Shown here piece after piece: positions 43,225 to 50,870 of a DNA stretch of 50,870 nt. The stretch is taken from positions 1-50,870 of the IMG/VR virus record IMGVR_UViG_3300036860_000231. One strand, given 5' to 3'. The notes beneath the pieces were generated by a model. The model ran no database searches and had not been told where the DNA came from. It saw only the letters and a list, made by a program, of their open reading frames with translations. The stretch comes from a virus (taxonomy: Duplodnaviria; Caudoviricetes). How positions within the stretch are numbered: position 1 is the first letter of the stretch; each line of letters starts with the position of its first letter. The translations under genes and the position numbers were made by a program.

Positions 43225-43939
43225 GGTGCCGCTTGCCGCGTCCTGAACGTCGGGTGGGTCGAGCTGCCTGGCCGGGAGCTGCCTGCTGCGCGGTTGCTGC
43301 GGCGGCGCTCACCGGTGGCGCGTCAGACCCTGACGCCTCGGTGGGGGCGGTGCCGAAGAGGTCGGCAAGTCGTTGCCGTTCGGCTTGGCGGTCAGCGATG
43401 GTTTTGGCGGTCAGATCGGCCTTGAGGGTGGCGAGGGTGGCGGCCGCGTCCGGCGGGACACCGTTGCCACTTGCCGAGCGGCTGCCGAGCGCGTCAGCGC
43501 TCGGCTCGGCAGCCGCGGTCGATGCGCCAGCGGTTTTGATTCGATCTTCTTCAGGTCTTATTCCACCTATAGACGGACCCGCAGATCGAGTCGCTACGGG
43601 ACCCTGGATCGAGTCGCTACGGTCCGCAGATCGAGTCGCTACGGAGTCATCCACCGACTGTAGTGACTCGATAAGCGAGCCGCTACAGATGCGGTAGGTG
43701 GTCGCCTTCCGGCCGGACCCGTTCACCACGATCTCGATCTCGCCGGTCGCCAACAGTTCCCTGAGGGCGAGATGCACGGTTGAGCTGGACACGTTCGCCT
43801 CGAGTGCGAGCGTCCGACGTGACGCGTAGCTGTCGCCGGTCTTGTAGTCGGCATGGGATGCGAGGGCGATCAGGACGAGCCGAACGGCACCACTGGTGTG
43901 GCTTCGTTTCATGACGTCACGGATGGCGTCGAGGCTCAC
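43178..43939 (-). CDS. Replication initiator with winged HTH (lambda O-like)
   Basis: RLVLIALASHAD...SYASRRTLA..ANVSSSTV..ALREL; internal iterons. Confidence 0.8.
   Translation of the reverse strand: MSLDAIRDVMKRSHTSGAVRLVLIALASHADYKTGDSYASRRTLALEANVSSSTVHLALRELLATGEIEIVVNGSGRKATTYRICSGSLIESLQSVDDSVATRSADRSDSIQGPVATRSAGPSIGGIRPEEDRIKTAGASTAAAEPSADALGSRSASGNGVPPDAAATLATLKADLTAKTIADRQAERQRLADLFGTAPTEASGSDAPPVSAAAATAQQAAPGQAARPTRRSGRGKRHRGREPPTTRPRSPRP
43584..43688. repeat. Iterons / probable origin: GATCGAGTCGCTACGG x3 plus an inverted pair
   Basis: Copies at 43584, 43607, 43629 (23/22-bp period); degenerate inverted copies 43658-43672 and 43674-43688. Confidence 0.8.
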
Positions 43940-44118
43940 CGCGCTCCTTGGCGGGTCGGCTTGGACTTGGCCAGTCGGCGGAGGACCATTGCGGCTTCGA
44001 GCTCGCTGCACTCGTCGATGAGCACCGCGTTCAGCGCGCTCTTGATCGCGGTGGCGCGGACACCCGCGCGGAGTGCATCACGGATGGCGCGGTACAGTTC
44101 GAGGGTGTCGTCAGTCAT
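43936..44118 (-). CDS. Hypothetical protein
   Basis: RBS GAAGGA; coupled to the initiator. Confidence 0.6.
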   Translation of the reverse strand: MTDDTLELYRAIRDALRAGVRATAIKSALNAVLIDECSELEAAMVLRRLAKSKPTRQGAR

Positions 44119-44770
44119 GAGTGTCCTTCTTCCGCTGAGGGCCGCGATGCGGCCACGACTCGCGTGGCGATCTTGAGAAGTCGGTCTCACGCTCGAGCTC
44201 GTCGATGGCCCAGTGGAAGTCGTCAAGCGACGCCTCTTCCAACCGCTCGGCGGTGATGATGCCGGGGGCGAGCTTGCGGCGCCGCGTGGACTCGGGACTC
44301 TCCTCAAGGATGAAGTCGCCTGGGAACTCGTCCCAGCGGAAGACGAAGAACGAGCTGGACCCATCGGGGTTCTCGAACTCGCGGCCCATAGTCGGCTCGT
44401 AGACCGCGCGGAACACCTCGAGGTCAGCGAAGGTCCACAGTGGGATCTCACCATCGGCGCGGCCGAAGCCGTAGAGGAAGAAGTCGCCGGCGCCTTCCAG
44501 TGCCTTGGCGAGTTCGGTGGTTGTCCCCCAGCGTGGCCGGCTGGCGCGGACGGTGAACTCGTACCAGTGGTGCTCCCACTTCTCGTAGCGCCGCAGCCGG
44601 CAGGCGACGCTGAGGTCACCGGAGCTGTGGATGACGAGGTCGCTGTTGCGGTGGCGGTCTTCCCGCCAAGTGCCACGCCGGACGGTTCTGGGGGCGGCGG
44701 TGGCGGCGATGCTTTGGAGCTTGCGGTTGTAGCGCCGCTGCCAGTTGAAGTCGTTCTCGAAGCTAGGCAC
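44111..44770 (-). CDS. Putative restriction endonuclease-like protein
   Basis: ED...NSDL...ACRLR...EFTVR...TELAK...GDFFLYGF; overlaps MTase stop. Confidence 0.5.
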   Translation of the reverse strand: MPSFENDFNWQRRYNRKLQSIAATAAPRTVRRGTWREDRHRNSDLVIHSSGDLSVACRLRRYEKWEHHWYEFTVRASRPRWGTTTELAKALEGAGDFFLYGFGRADGEIPLWTFADLEVFRAVYEPTMGREFENPDGSSSFFVFRWDEFPGDFILEESPESTRRRKLAPGIITAERLEEASLDDFHWAIDELERETDFSRSPRESWPHRGPQRKKDTHD

Positions 44771-45926
44771 TGGCGGCCACCTCGTTCCCCCAGACCTGGA
44801 ACCCTTCGCGCTCGCCGCGCTCGAACATGGCCAGCCGTGGGCCGGGAGTGGCCTGGCAGACCCGCTCGTAGAACACGTCGGGTTTGATTGAGTGGCCGAT
44901 GGCTGGCGCCTCGAATGACAAGCGCAGCCCTTGGCGCAGCAGCGGCAGGTCACCGACGCGGCCGAACAGGACGTGCTCGGTGTCGTACATCCACGAGAAC
45001 GGCGTGGGGCCGACGTTCTTCCGCCACGTCATGACGCACTGGTAGCGGACTTCCCATGCCTCGAAGAGGGCGAGGCCAGCCGGAAGGAACTTGTGGGTCA
45101 CCCAGAGGTAGAGGTGCGCGCCCTGCTGGTCGAGCATCCCGGGGATCGGTAGTTCCTTGATCTCTTCGAGCGTCATCGTCGGGTAGTCGAGTGCTGGTCC
45201 TTGGTCCGGGCGCGCTTCGCGTTCGATCTTCGGCATGGGCCAGGGTGGGTCCAGCGTGATGCACTTGAACGGGCCTTCAGGGAACCCGGGGGTGACGGCC
45301 GGCTGGGGCGTGTTCAGCGACGCCTCGTATTGCCGCACGATCTGGCCGATGCGCTCGGCGGTGATGTGGTAGTCGGCCGCGATGCTGGACAGCAGTTCGC
45401 CGGCTTGGCGTCGCTCGAAGATGACTTGCCGGGCGTGCTTCGGGACGCTGAGACGCTGGTCGACCAAAGCTTTGGCGGATCCGCCATCGCTTTGATGCTC
45501 CCAATCGCGAGCCGTCTCACGCGCCACGCCAACCAGACCAGCCGCCTCTTCCTGCGTGCATCCGGCCTCGCGCAGGTCGAGGTAGACCTGTCGTTGGTAC
45601 TCGCGGACGGTGGCACGCTGTTCGGGCGAGAGTTGGCGCCGTGAAAGGTTCGCGGCTAGCGCGAAGGCTTCCTTGTGTGCCTCGGATGGGAACGACCGCC
45701 GCTCGATCTCTGGCGTGATGCCGAGTTCATCGCAGGCCAGCTGCCGATGATGGCCGTCCAGCACGAAGCCGGTGTCAGCGTCGATCACGATTGGGCTGTG
45801 AAGGCCGCCGCGGGCGGCGATGTCGGCCTTCAGCGCCTCGTATTCGGCGCGTGACAGCGGCGGCAGGAACTGGTACGGGTCGCGCGGGGGATGCGCGGCG
45901 GACGACGTGGGGGTAGCGTCAGGCAC
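44763..45926 (-). CDS. ParB-HTH-MT-A70 adenine methyltransferase fusion
   Basis: LDGHHR (ParB); LDPPW, YPTMTLEEI, LYLWVT, HSIKP (MT-A70). Confidence 0.9.
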   Translation of the reverse strand: MPDATPTSSAAHPPRDPYQFLPPLSRAEYEALKADIAARGGLHSPIVIDADTGFVLDGHHRQLACDELGITPEIERRSFPSEAHKEAFALAANLSRRQLSPEQRATVREYQRQVYLDLREAGCTQEEAAGLVGVARETARDWEHQSDGGSAKALVDQRLSVPKHARQVIFERRQAGELLSSIAADYHITAERIGQIVRQYEASLNTPQPAVTPGFPEGPFKCITLDPPWPMPKIEREARPDQGPALDYPTMTLEEIKELPIPGMLDQQGAHLYLWVTHKFLPAGLALFEAWEVRYQCVMTWRKNVGPTPFSWMYDTEHVLFGRVGDLPLLRQGLRLSFEAPAIGHSIKPDVFYERVCQATPGPRLAMFERGEREGFQVWGNEVAASA

Positions 45927-46006
45927 GCCCTACCTCCTCAGTAGGTGTGGGCCATGGCCCCGGCAGGTGACACTGCGCGGGGCCGCTTCTACCGCATTTT
46001 ACCAGG

Positions 46007-46201
46007 TCAGCGGCCATATCCCGAACCCCACGTCTTGGCTGTGATCTGCTCGGCGAAGTCGACGTAGCCCTGCCAGATCGTCTTGTACTGCTCGCGGTCC
46101 TCATTGGTCGTGTCGGTGAACAGCAGATCCTCGAGCGCGTCGGCCATCCGTTCGGCATGCTGGGTCAGCTCACTGATCAGGGCTTCAGTCGCGGGGCTCA
46201 T
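46007..46201 (-). CDS. Hypothetical protein
   Basis: Coupled ORF. Confidence 0.6.
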   Translation of the reverse strand: MSPATEALISELTQHAERMADALEDLLFTDTTNEDREQYKTIWQGYVDFAEQITAKTWGSGYGR

Positions 46202-46353
46202 GCGTCACCCCGCCCGCACCGGTCCCGGTGCCACTGCCGGAACGCCTCTAGGGTTTCTTCGCGCCACGTGCGGAGCTCGCCGTAGCAGTGCAGGCACACG
46301 ATCAGCGTGTCGAATCCGGGGGCGACGATGGTGGCGGTCGGGTCCGAGTTCAT
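46198..46353 (-). CDS. Zn-binding microprotein
   Basis: CLHC...WHRDRC. Confidence 0.6.
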   Translation of the reverse strand: MNSDPTATIVAPGFDTLIVCLHCYGELRTWREETLEAFRQWHRDRCGRGDA

Positions 46354-46538
46354 CGGACATCCCATGCCTCGGCCTGCCGCTTGGCGACGACCTTGTCGTA
46401 GTACGACTTCGGCACCGTCTCCCGTTCGAGCTGGTCGACGGCTTGGTGGAACCACTCCAGCGGCATCCCCTCCAGGTCGTCGCCGGTGGGGGTATGGCCG
46501 AGCCACACGGTGGTCCGCTCGACCCCGTGGTTCACCAT
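46350..46538 (-). CDS. Hypothetical protein
   Basis: Coupled ORF. Confidence 0.5.
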   Translation of the reverse strand: MVNHGVERTTVWLGHTPTGDDLEGMPLEWFHQAVDQLERETVPKSYYDKVVAKRQAEAWDVR

Positions 46539-46687
46539 GCCGGTCGCCACCAGTACTGGCCGTTGGTGGTGGCGCCGCACCATGGGCATGCCCAGCTGTC
46601 GGGGGTTCGGATGGTGGCGTACCAGCCGCACCAGGGGCACAGGGGGATGGCTGCCCACTCGACCTGGGGGTTGGGCATGCCGGTCAT
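46532..46687 (-). CDS. Zn-ribbon microprotein
   Basis: CPWCG...CPWCG. Confidence 0.6.
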   Translation of the reverse strand: MTGMPNPQVEWAAIPLCPWCGWYATIRTPDSWACPWCGATTNGQYWWRPAW

Positions 46688-46905
46688 GGCTCGACCTTCC
46701 GCGGTGCCTTGCCGCCGAAGGCGACGTCGTTGAGGAGCCAGCGGACCCATTCGGCGTCCGACTCGGCGACGTGTGATCCGTCGGTGGGTTGGACGATGAG
46801 CCGGATCGGCTGTCTGTCACCGTCACGCTCATCGGTCATCCAGACGGCCCATGGCTTGATGGTTGGGTCGTCATGCCCGTCAGGGCAATGCGGACATGCG
46901 GTCAT
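46684..46905 (-). CDS. Hypothetical protein
   Basis: CPHCPDGH; ATGA-coupled. Confidence 0.65.
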   Translation of the reverse strand: MTACPHCPDGHDDPTIKPWAVWMTDERDGDRQPIRLIVQPTDGSHVAESDAEWVRWLLNDVAFGGKAPRKVEP

Positions 46906-47084
46906 GGCTCGGCTCCCTCGTCTGGTGCGACCCAGCCGAGGTCGTACGCTTGGTTGCAGCAGCAGGTGAGGTGTGCGCCGCGGTCGTCCCAGTCGTCATC
47001 CCGGGGTTTGCTGCATCGGTGGTGATTGCCGTGCACGCATGGGGTGCAGGTGCCGTCGTCGACCATCCAGCCCTGGTCGGTCAT
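46902..47084 (-). CDS. Cys/His-rich microprotein
   Basis: CTPC..GNH..C...CCC. Confidence 0.65.
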   Translation of the reverse strand: MTDQGWMVDDGTCTPCVHGNHHRCSKPRDDDWDDRGAHLTCCCNQAYDLGWVAPDEGAEP

Positions 47085-47272
47085 CGGTCACCCCGCTTGG
47101 GGGTACACCAGGGCGCCAGCTCATCGAGGCCGGTCTTGTGGGGGACGGGCTGTTTGAGGGCGGGGATTGGGCGGCCGCGGTTGACTCTAGGGCCGCGGAC
47201 GACTCGCCATGCGATGTCGCGGCCGCAGCGGGGGCAGGGCTTTCGGTCGAGGGTCCGGCGGGTGGTGGTCAT
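47081..47272 (-). CDS. Zn-binding microprotein
   Basis: CPRCGR...PH...WC. Confidence 0.65.
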   Translation of the reverse strand: MTTTRRTLDRKPCPRCGRDIAWRVVRGPRVNRGRPIPALKQPVPHKTGLDELAPWCTPKRGDR

Positions 47273-47610
47273 GGCGCCACTCCAGGCTCATAGCCGGTCA
47301 CCGGCAAGCCGAGGTGCTTGGCGACCTGTTCGAGGTACCACTGTTTGTGGTGGGCGCCGTCGGTGTGTAGGCCATGGGAGACGATGGCGGTGATCGCGTT
47401 GCGGTGTTCATCTGTGAGCTGAATGTCGCCGTGGCCGGCTTTGCGGGCCTCGCGGGCGATCGCAGACCATGCCAATGACAGCAACGCCTCCCGGACGGTG
47501 TGGTCATGGTCGACCTGACCCATGTGGTCGCCTTCAGCCGCCTGAGCAGCGAGGTTGGCGCAGCTGACGGCCCGCTCGAGCGCGTCGGCAGCCCGGAAAT
47601 AGGGGCTCAC
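47269..47610 (-). CDS. Hypothetical protein
   Basis: C-terminal DGAHHKQWYLEQ...GVAP phage motif. Confidence 0.65.
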   Translation of the reverse strand: MSPYFRAADALERAVSCANLAAQAAEGDHMGQVDHDHTVREALLSLAWSAIAREARKAGHGDIQLTDEHRNAITAIVSHGLHTDGAHHKQWYLEQVAKHLGLPVTGYEPGVAP

Positions 47611-47795
47611 CGGTCGACCTCCCGCTGTGCCGCCTGGTCGAGGGCCTTCTCGAATAGCTCTGCCCATTCCCACGGCTCAAGAGCGCCATATTCGGCGATG
47701 TAATAGCTGATGGTCTTCTGTAGCCGCTCGACCTGGTCTTGTGCCTCGAAGGTGTTGCGGTCGGCCTGGTCGAGGGGGCGGCGGGCGGCGGTCAT
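47607..47795 (-). CDS. Hypothetical protein ending LDQAAQREVDR
   Basis: Coupled ORF. Confidence 0.65.
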   Translation of the reverse strand: MTAARRPLDQADRNTFEAQDQVERLQKTISYYIAEYGALEPWEWAELFEKALDQAAQREVDR

Positions 47796-48064
47796 GGGTG
47801 CAGGTCCTCTTCCGCCCAGTGGACCCGCAGTTCACGCATTCGCTTTCTGTCTTCGAGCGCGTCGGCGATGATGATGCGGCGGACCTGTTCGGCCGACAGG
47901 TAGTGGCAGTGGCATTGGCAACCCCACAGGCCACATTCGTCGCAGCGAGCGTCGAAGCAGGCGCGGGACAGTGGCCCGGGGTGGCCCATCTTTCGTTCGG
48001 CGATTCTCGCCGCGACCTCTTCGCCGGTCACCGGTCGACCTCCCGCTGTGCCGCCTGGTCGAGG
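47607..48064. repeat. Identical 37-bp gene-junction repeats (47607-47643, 48028-48064)
   Basis: CCTCGACCAGGCGGCACAGCGGGAGGTCGACCGGTGA on minus strand = gene end + RBS + GTGA. Confidence 0.95.
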
Positions 48065-48478
48065 TGTCCCCATCGGATGGCGGTCCGTTGCCGCTGGCAG
48101 GCAACTCGAGCATGGCTCAGAGCGGTGTCGAGATCCAGGTTGAACGGCGCATACGAGAGGGCGAGGCCGGCTGCCTGGATGGCCTGGTGGAGGTCGGGCG
48201 GGCCGGCCGGGGCGCCCGTGGGATTGGTTGCCCCGGCCGGCCCGGTCACATCGGCACCGCTCCCGCGTTGTTCGGGTACCCAAACCGGGACCTGCATGGT
48301 CATCACCTCCCTGGGGCTGCTCGACCTTGGGGTCGGCCAAGTCCTTGAACTGGTCTGTCACGTCGTACTTGGTGATGGCTTCGATGCGGCCTTTCTCAGC
48401 GTCGAGGACCTTGTAGCGCGTGACGACATAGACATGGTCGGTAAGCCCACTACGCATGAGCTGGGGATGCTGCGGCAT
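47792..48478 (-). CDS. In-frame run of two apparent genes (N-terminal ~60 aa; Cys-rich unit from GTG 48031)
   Basis: Middle of ORF is the off-frame of 48028-48306; internal RBS+GTG. Confidence 0.5.
   Translation of the reverse strand: MPQHPQLMRSGLTDHVYVVTRYKVLDAEKGRIEAITKYDVTDQFKDLADPKVEQPQGGDDHAGPGLGTRTTRERCRCDRAGRGNQSHGRPGRPARPPPGHPGSRPRPLVCAVQPGSRHRSEPCSSCLPAATDRHPMGTPRPGGTAGGRPVTGEEVAARIAERKMGHPGPLSRACFDARCDECGLWGCQCHCHYLSAEQVRRIIIADALEDRKRMRELRVHWAEEDLHP
48028..48306 (-). CDS. Hypothetical protein ending LDQAAQREVDR
   Basis: RBS GGAGG; shares the 3' repeat. Confidence 0.6.
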   Translation of the reverse strand: MMTMQVPVWVPEQRGSGADVTGPAGATNPTGAPAGPPDLHQAIQAAGLALSYAPFNLDLDTALSHARVACQRQRTAIRWGHLDQAAQREVDR

Positions 48479-49374
48479 CAGTCCTCCCCTTCGTCGAGGA
48501 GGTTCGGCGCCAGCCCGGGGTGACCCTCGGCTTCCCCGTCCTCGGGCTGGACCGGGCTGGCGGCCGCCTGGTCCGCGGCGGAGCCCCGGGGGGACTGCGG
48601 CTCCGCCGCGGACACCTTGGCACCAGCCGGCCGGCCAGGGTCGCCGTCGTCACCAGCCGGCCGGCTGGAGGAAACCTCACGCTCGATCGCACGTTCAAGC
48701 TGCCGCAGCTGCCCCTTGGCGAGCGGCCGCTCATAGCCCTTGGACTCGAGCCACGTGGCGACCCACTCCCGCAGGCCATGATCTTGGATGCGCTGGCCGA
48801 GGTCGGCGTGGGCGCGCTGCTGCTCAGCGAGGTCTTTCCAGCCCGGTGCCACGCCCTTGCCGCCCGACACGGTCTCCCCGCGGGCGGCGGCGGCCTCCAT
48901 CTCCTCAGCGGGGGTGGTGTCGTAGCCGGCGAGCTTCATCACGAACCCGAGCGGCATCCGCAGCGCCTTCGAGCTCGCACGGGTGATCGCCATGCTGCGG
49001 AGTTGGAAGCTCGGTGCGTCCCGCCATTTGGCGTTCTCGTCGCGGGTGCATTGTGCGTCTGCGCGGCCCACGATAGTGCCGGCCATGGTGCGGGCCTCGA
49101 CGGTCGCCTCGTAGCCGACCTCGATGTACTCGGGATCGAGGATGGGTCCGGATGAGACTGTGACGGCGAACACGCCGAGCATGGTCCCTGCGAGGGTCCA
49201 CCCTTCGAGGAAGACGTGCTCGGACTGGCCAATCCGCTTGGCGAGTTGGCGTTCTCGGATGAGGGGAGCGATGACATCGGCGATGGCGGTGGCGCGGGCG
49301 ACGATGGCGTGCGGGGTCGCGTCGCCGAACAGGGTCATCGCCTGCCGGTCGGGGCTGAGGTCGAGTTCGCTCAT
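48478..49374 (-). CDS. Single-strand annealing/recombination protein (Rad52/Sak-like)
   Basis: EGW, RSMAITRASSKA...AGYDTTPAEEM. Confidence 0.7.
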   Translation of the reverse strand: MSELDLSPDRQAMTLFGDATPHAIVARATAIADVIAPLIRERQLAKRIGQSEHVFLEGWTLAGTMLGVFAVTVSSGPILDPEYIEVGYEATVEARTMAGTIVGRADAQCTRDENAKWRDAPSFQLRSMAITRASSKALRMPLGFVMKLAGYDTTPAEEMEAAAARGETVSGGKGVAPGWKDLAEQQRAHADLGQRIQDHGLREWVATWLESKGYERPLAKGQLRQLERAIEREVSSSRPAGDDGDPGRPAGAKVSAAEPQSPRGSAADQAAASPVQPEDGEAEGHPGLAPNLLDEGED

Positions 49375-49568
49375 GCGTTCACCCACGCCTCGAACCAGTG
49401 GTGGATGCCGAGGTTGCTTGCCTGCGGGACCGGGTCGGGCGTGAGGTGGACTCCCAGGTTGTTTGCCTGCGGGATCGGAGCCTGGATGCCGTGCTTGGCC
49501 CCTCGGCATTGGGTACAGCGGCACCGCTTCGGGTCACTGCTTGAGTGTTCGCATTGAAGGTTGTGCAT
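49371..49568 (-). CDS. Cys-rich microprotein with internal repeat
   Basis: CRCTQCRGAKHG; PQANNLGVH/PQASNLGIH. Confidence 0.6.
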   Translation of the reverse strand: MHNLQCEHSSSDPKRCRCTQCRGAKHGIQAPIPQANNLGVHLTPDPVPQASNLGIHHWFEAWVNA

Positions 49569-49923
49569 CAGGTGCTCCTCTGCTTGGCAAAGAGGGCGAA
49601 CTGCCGCTCATGGTTGAGGCAGTGGCGTCCACCTCGCCTTTCAGCGCGTCAATCCACGGGTCATCGTCCGATGGGAGTTCCGGAGCGATATCGCCAGCGG
49701 GCTGGTCGTGCGCCTGCACCCAGTCCGGGTTGGGTTCCGGGACGGGAACGGCGGGTGGGATCCAGCCGTCCTTGATGGCCAGGGCGGTCCCGGCCTCGAG
49801 GATGGCCAGCGCCTGCTCGTCGAGGTTCCATTCGCGCTCGGGGAGGTCGGCGAGCCGCTGGAGGGTCTGGACACGGCGGCTGATGAACTGGCCAGTGCGA
49901 GGATTTCGACAGGGATTGACCAT
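49534..49923 (-). CDS. Hypothetical protein
   Basis: RNPRTGQF start; overlaps downstream gene. Confidence 0.55.
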   Translation of the reverse strand: MVNPCRNPRTGQFISRRVQTLQRLADLPEREWNLDEQALAILEAGTALAIKDGWIPPAVPVPEPNPDWVQAHDQPAGDIAPELPSDDDPWIDALKGEVDATASTMSGSSPSLPSRGAPDAQPSMRTLKQ

Positions 49924-49951
49924 CACTTTCCCCCCGTGACCTTGTCGTCGA

Positions 49952-50149
49952 TCATTCGGCGACCTTCCCTGGGCGGAGCGGCTTGGTGAGCAGGGCGGCA
50001 CGAGCCGCCGCGATGTGACCACGGATCACGTGGATCCGCGCGACGGTGAGGGGCTTGTCCAGGCCCTTGTCGGCGTAGTACAGCCGGTCCAGCGCGGTGG
50101 TGACCAGCTCGTCGCGGGTGGGCAACTCCGCCCTCGCCGGGGCGGTCAT
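49952..50149 (-). CDS. Hypothetical protein
   Basis: ATGA-coupled. Confidence 0.65.
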   Translation of the reverse strand: MTAPARAELPTRDELVTTALDRLYYADKGLDKPLTVARIHVIRGHIAAARAALLTKPLRPGKVAE

Positions 50150-50358
50150 GGAGTGCCACCGTCCGACTCGCCGATTGGGATCTCACGGGCGGCGCGGAGC
50201 ATGCGAACCGCCTGCTCCGGGAAGCGTCGCTGCCCGCCGAGGGTCCGGATGTGCGGGAGCTTGCCCTCCTTGGCCCAACGCAGGACGGTTTTCTCGCCGA
50301 CATGGAAAAGGGCTGCGACCTCGCCGGTCTTCAGGTACCGCTCTGTGGTTGGTGGCAT
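50146..50358 (-). CDS. BldC-like / excisionase-family (HTH_17) DNA-binding protein
   Basis: YLKTGEVAALFHVGEKTVLRWAKEGKLPHIRTLGGQRRF closely follows the BldC pattern. Confidence 0.85.
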   Translation of the reverse strand: MPPTTERYLKTGEVAALFHVGEKTVLRWAKEGKLPHIRTLGGQRRFPEQAVRMLRAAREIPIGESDGGTP

Positions 50359-50436
50359 CTGCTATCCTTCCGTTGTTGCGAGGGCTAGGTCGTTGGGTGG
50401 CGTCGTCTCGGGGCTTCGGGACGGCACCGCTGGCGT

Positions 50437-50724
50437 TCACGGACTCGTTGTGGGGATGAGCTCGACCCGGCCGCCACAGCGGGGGCAGGGCTTGCGGGTC
50501 ATGGCTTCCCTGTCATTCCGGTAGGTGGCTTCGAAGTCGAACCGGTAGGGGTGCTCTGCGGACCCGTCACCGGTTGACACGGCTGCCCCTCGGATGAACC
50601 GCTCGCCCTTCCAGCCGCAGGGCTCGCCATTGGTTGGCCGCTCGTAATGCACGGGGCCAAGGCCAAACGGTGCTGGATCCCTGGCGACTTGGCCGCCGCC
50701 GGCGCAGCGGACGTTGGCGCTCAT
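50437..50724 (-). CDS. Zn-ribbon hypothetical protein
   Basis: C...CGWKGER...CPRCGG; ATGA-coupled. Confidence 0.65.
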   Translation of the reverse strand: MSANVRCAGGGQVARDPAPFGLGPVHYERPTNGEPCGWKGERFIRGAAVSTGDGSAEHPYRFDFEATYRNDREAMTRKPCPRCGGRVELIPTTSP

Positions 50725-50870
50725 CGGCGGGCCTTGCGGTAGGTAGTGACCCACCGGCGTCGGCGGGCGCGGCGGACGGCGACCCGGACGGCCACCGGCG
50801 GGGTGGCAAGGATCGTCAGGAGCAGGACGGCGGCGGCCACCCTCATGGCCCTCTCCCCCCACCCGGGTCG
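50633..50870. repeat. Terminal direct repeat, copy 2 (contains variant of the 89-214 ORF at 50721-50846)
   Basis: 230/238 identical to 1-238. Confidence 0.95.

Noticed and set aside
50183-50440. 85-aa minus-strand ORF
   Set aside because: Largely overlaps the well-supported BldC-like gene in another frame
1-50870. Cas7/RAMP-like effector for the GGC-NN tract; tRNA genes; CRISPR arrays
   Set aside because: None recognised by eye; remote homologs cannot be excluded without HMM or structure searches

Overview
Apparently complete (~50.6 kb, circularly assembled) temperate, high-GC actinobacterial siphophage. Bases 1-238 recur at 50633-50870, with 8 mismatches clustered in one small ORF. Almost all genes are on the minus strand. 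Early/replication arm: BldC-like regulator, single-strand annealing protein, many Cys/His-rich microproteins, ParB-MT-A70 methyltransferase plus putative endonuclease, HTH replication initiator with iterons. Packaging and head: HNH, MerR-DUF433/PIN toxin-antitoxin pair, TerS/TerL, HK97-type portal, protease and capsid, then a GT4-FkbM fusion. Tail: fibre-like module, tail tube, frameshifting chaperone, tape measure, minor tail proteins including a GH26 hydrolase. Lysis and accessory: GH25 endolysin, holin, lipoprotein HNH, DUF6527-like and Acb2/Tad1-hairpin-like proteins. A cro/repressor/tyrosine-integrase switch lies at 2.3-4.6 kb. The most striking signal is an intergenic GGC-NN pentamer tract (13665-13728) whose variable dinucleotides spell codon positions 1-2 of the end of the adjacent tail gene, while the phage's own copy differs by synonymous or conservative changes. 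This suggests a gapped-code (VIPR-like) guide RNA against related phages; no effector gene was recognised. Also notable: probable integration-dependent immunity (attP inside an -AA-tagged repressor), repeated duplication of gene junctions around inserted genes, a shared structured RNA leader, and homing-endonuclease scars. All family assignments are from motif recognition by eye; no searches were run.
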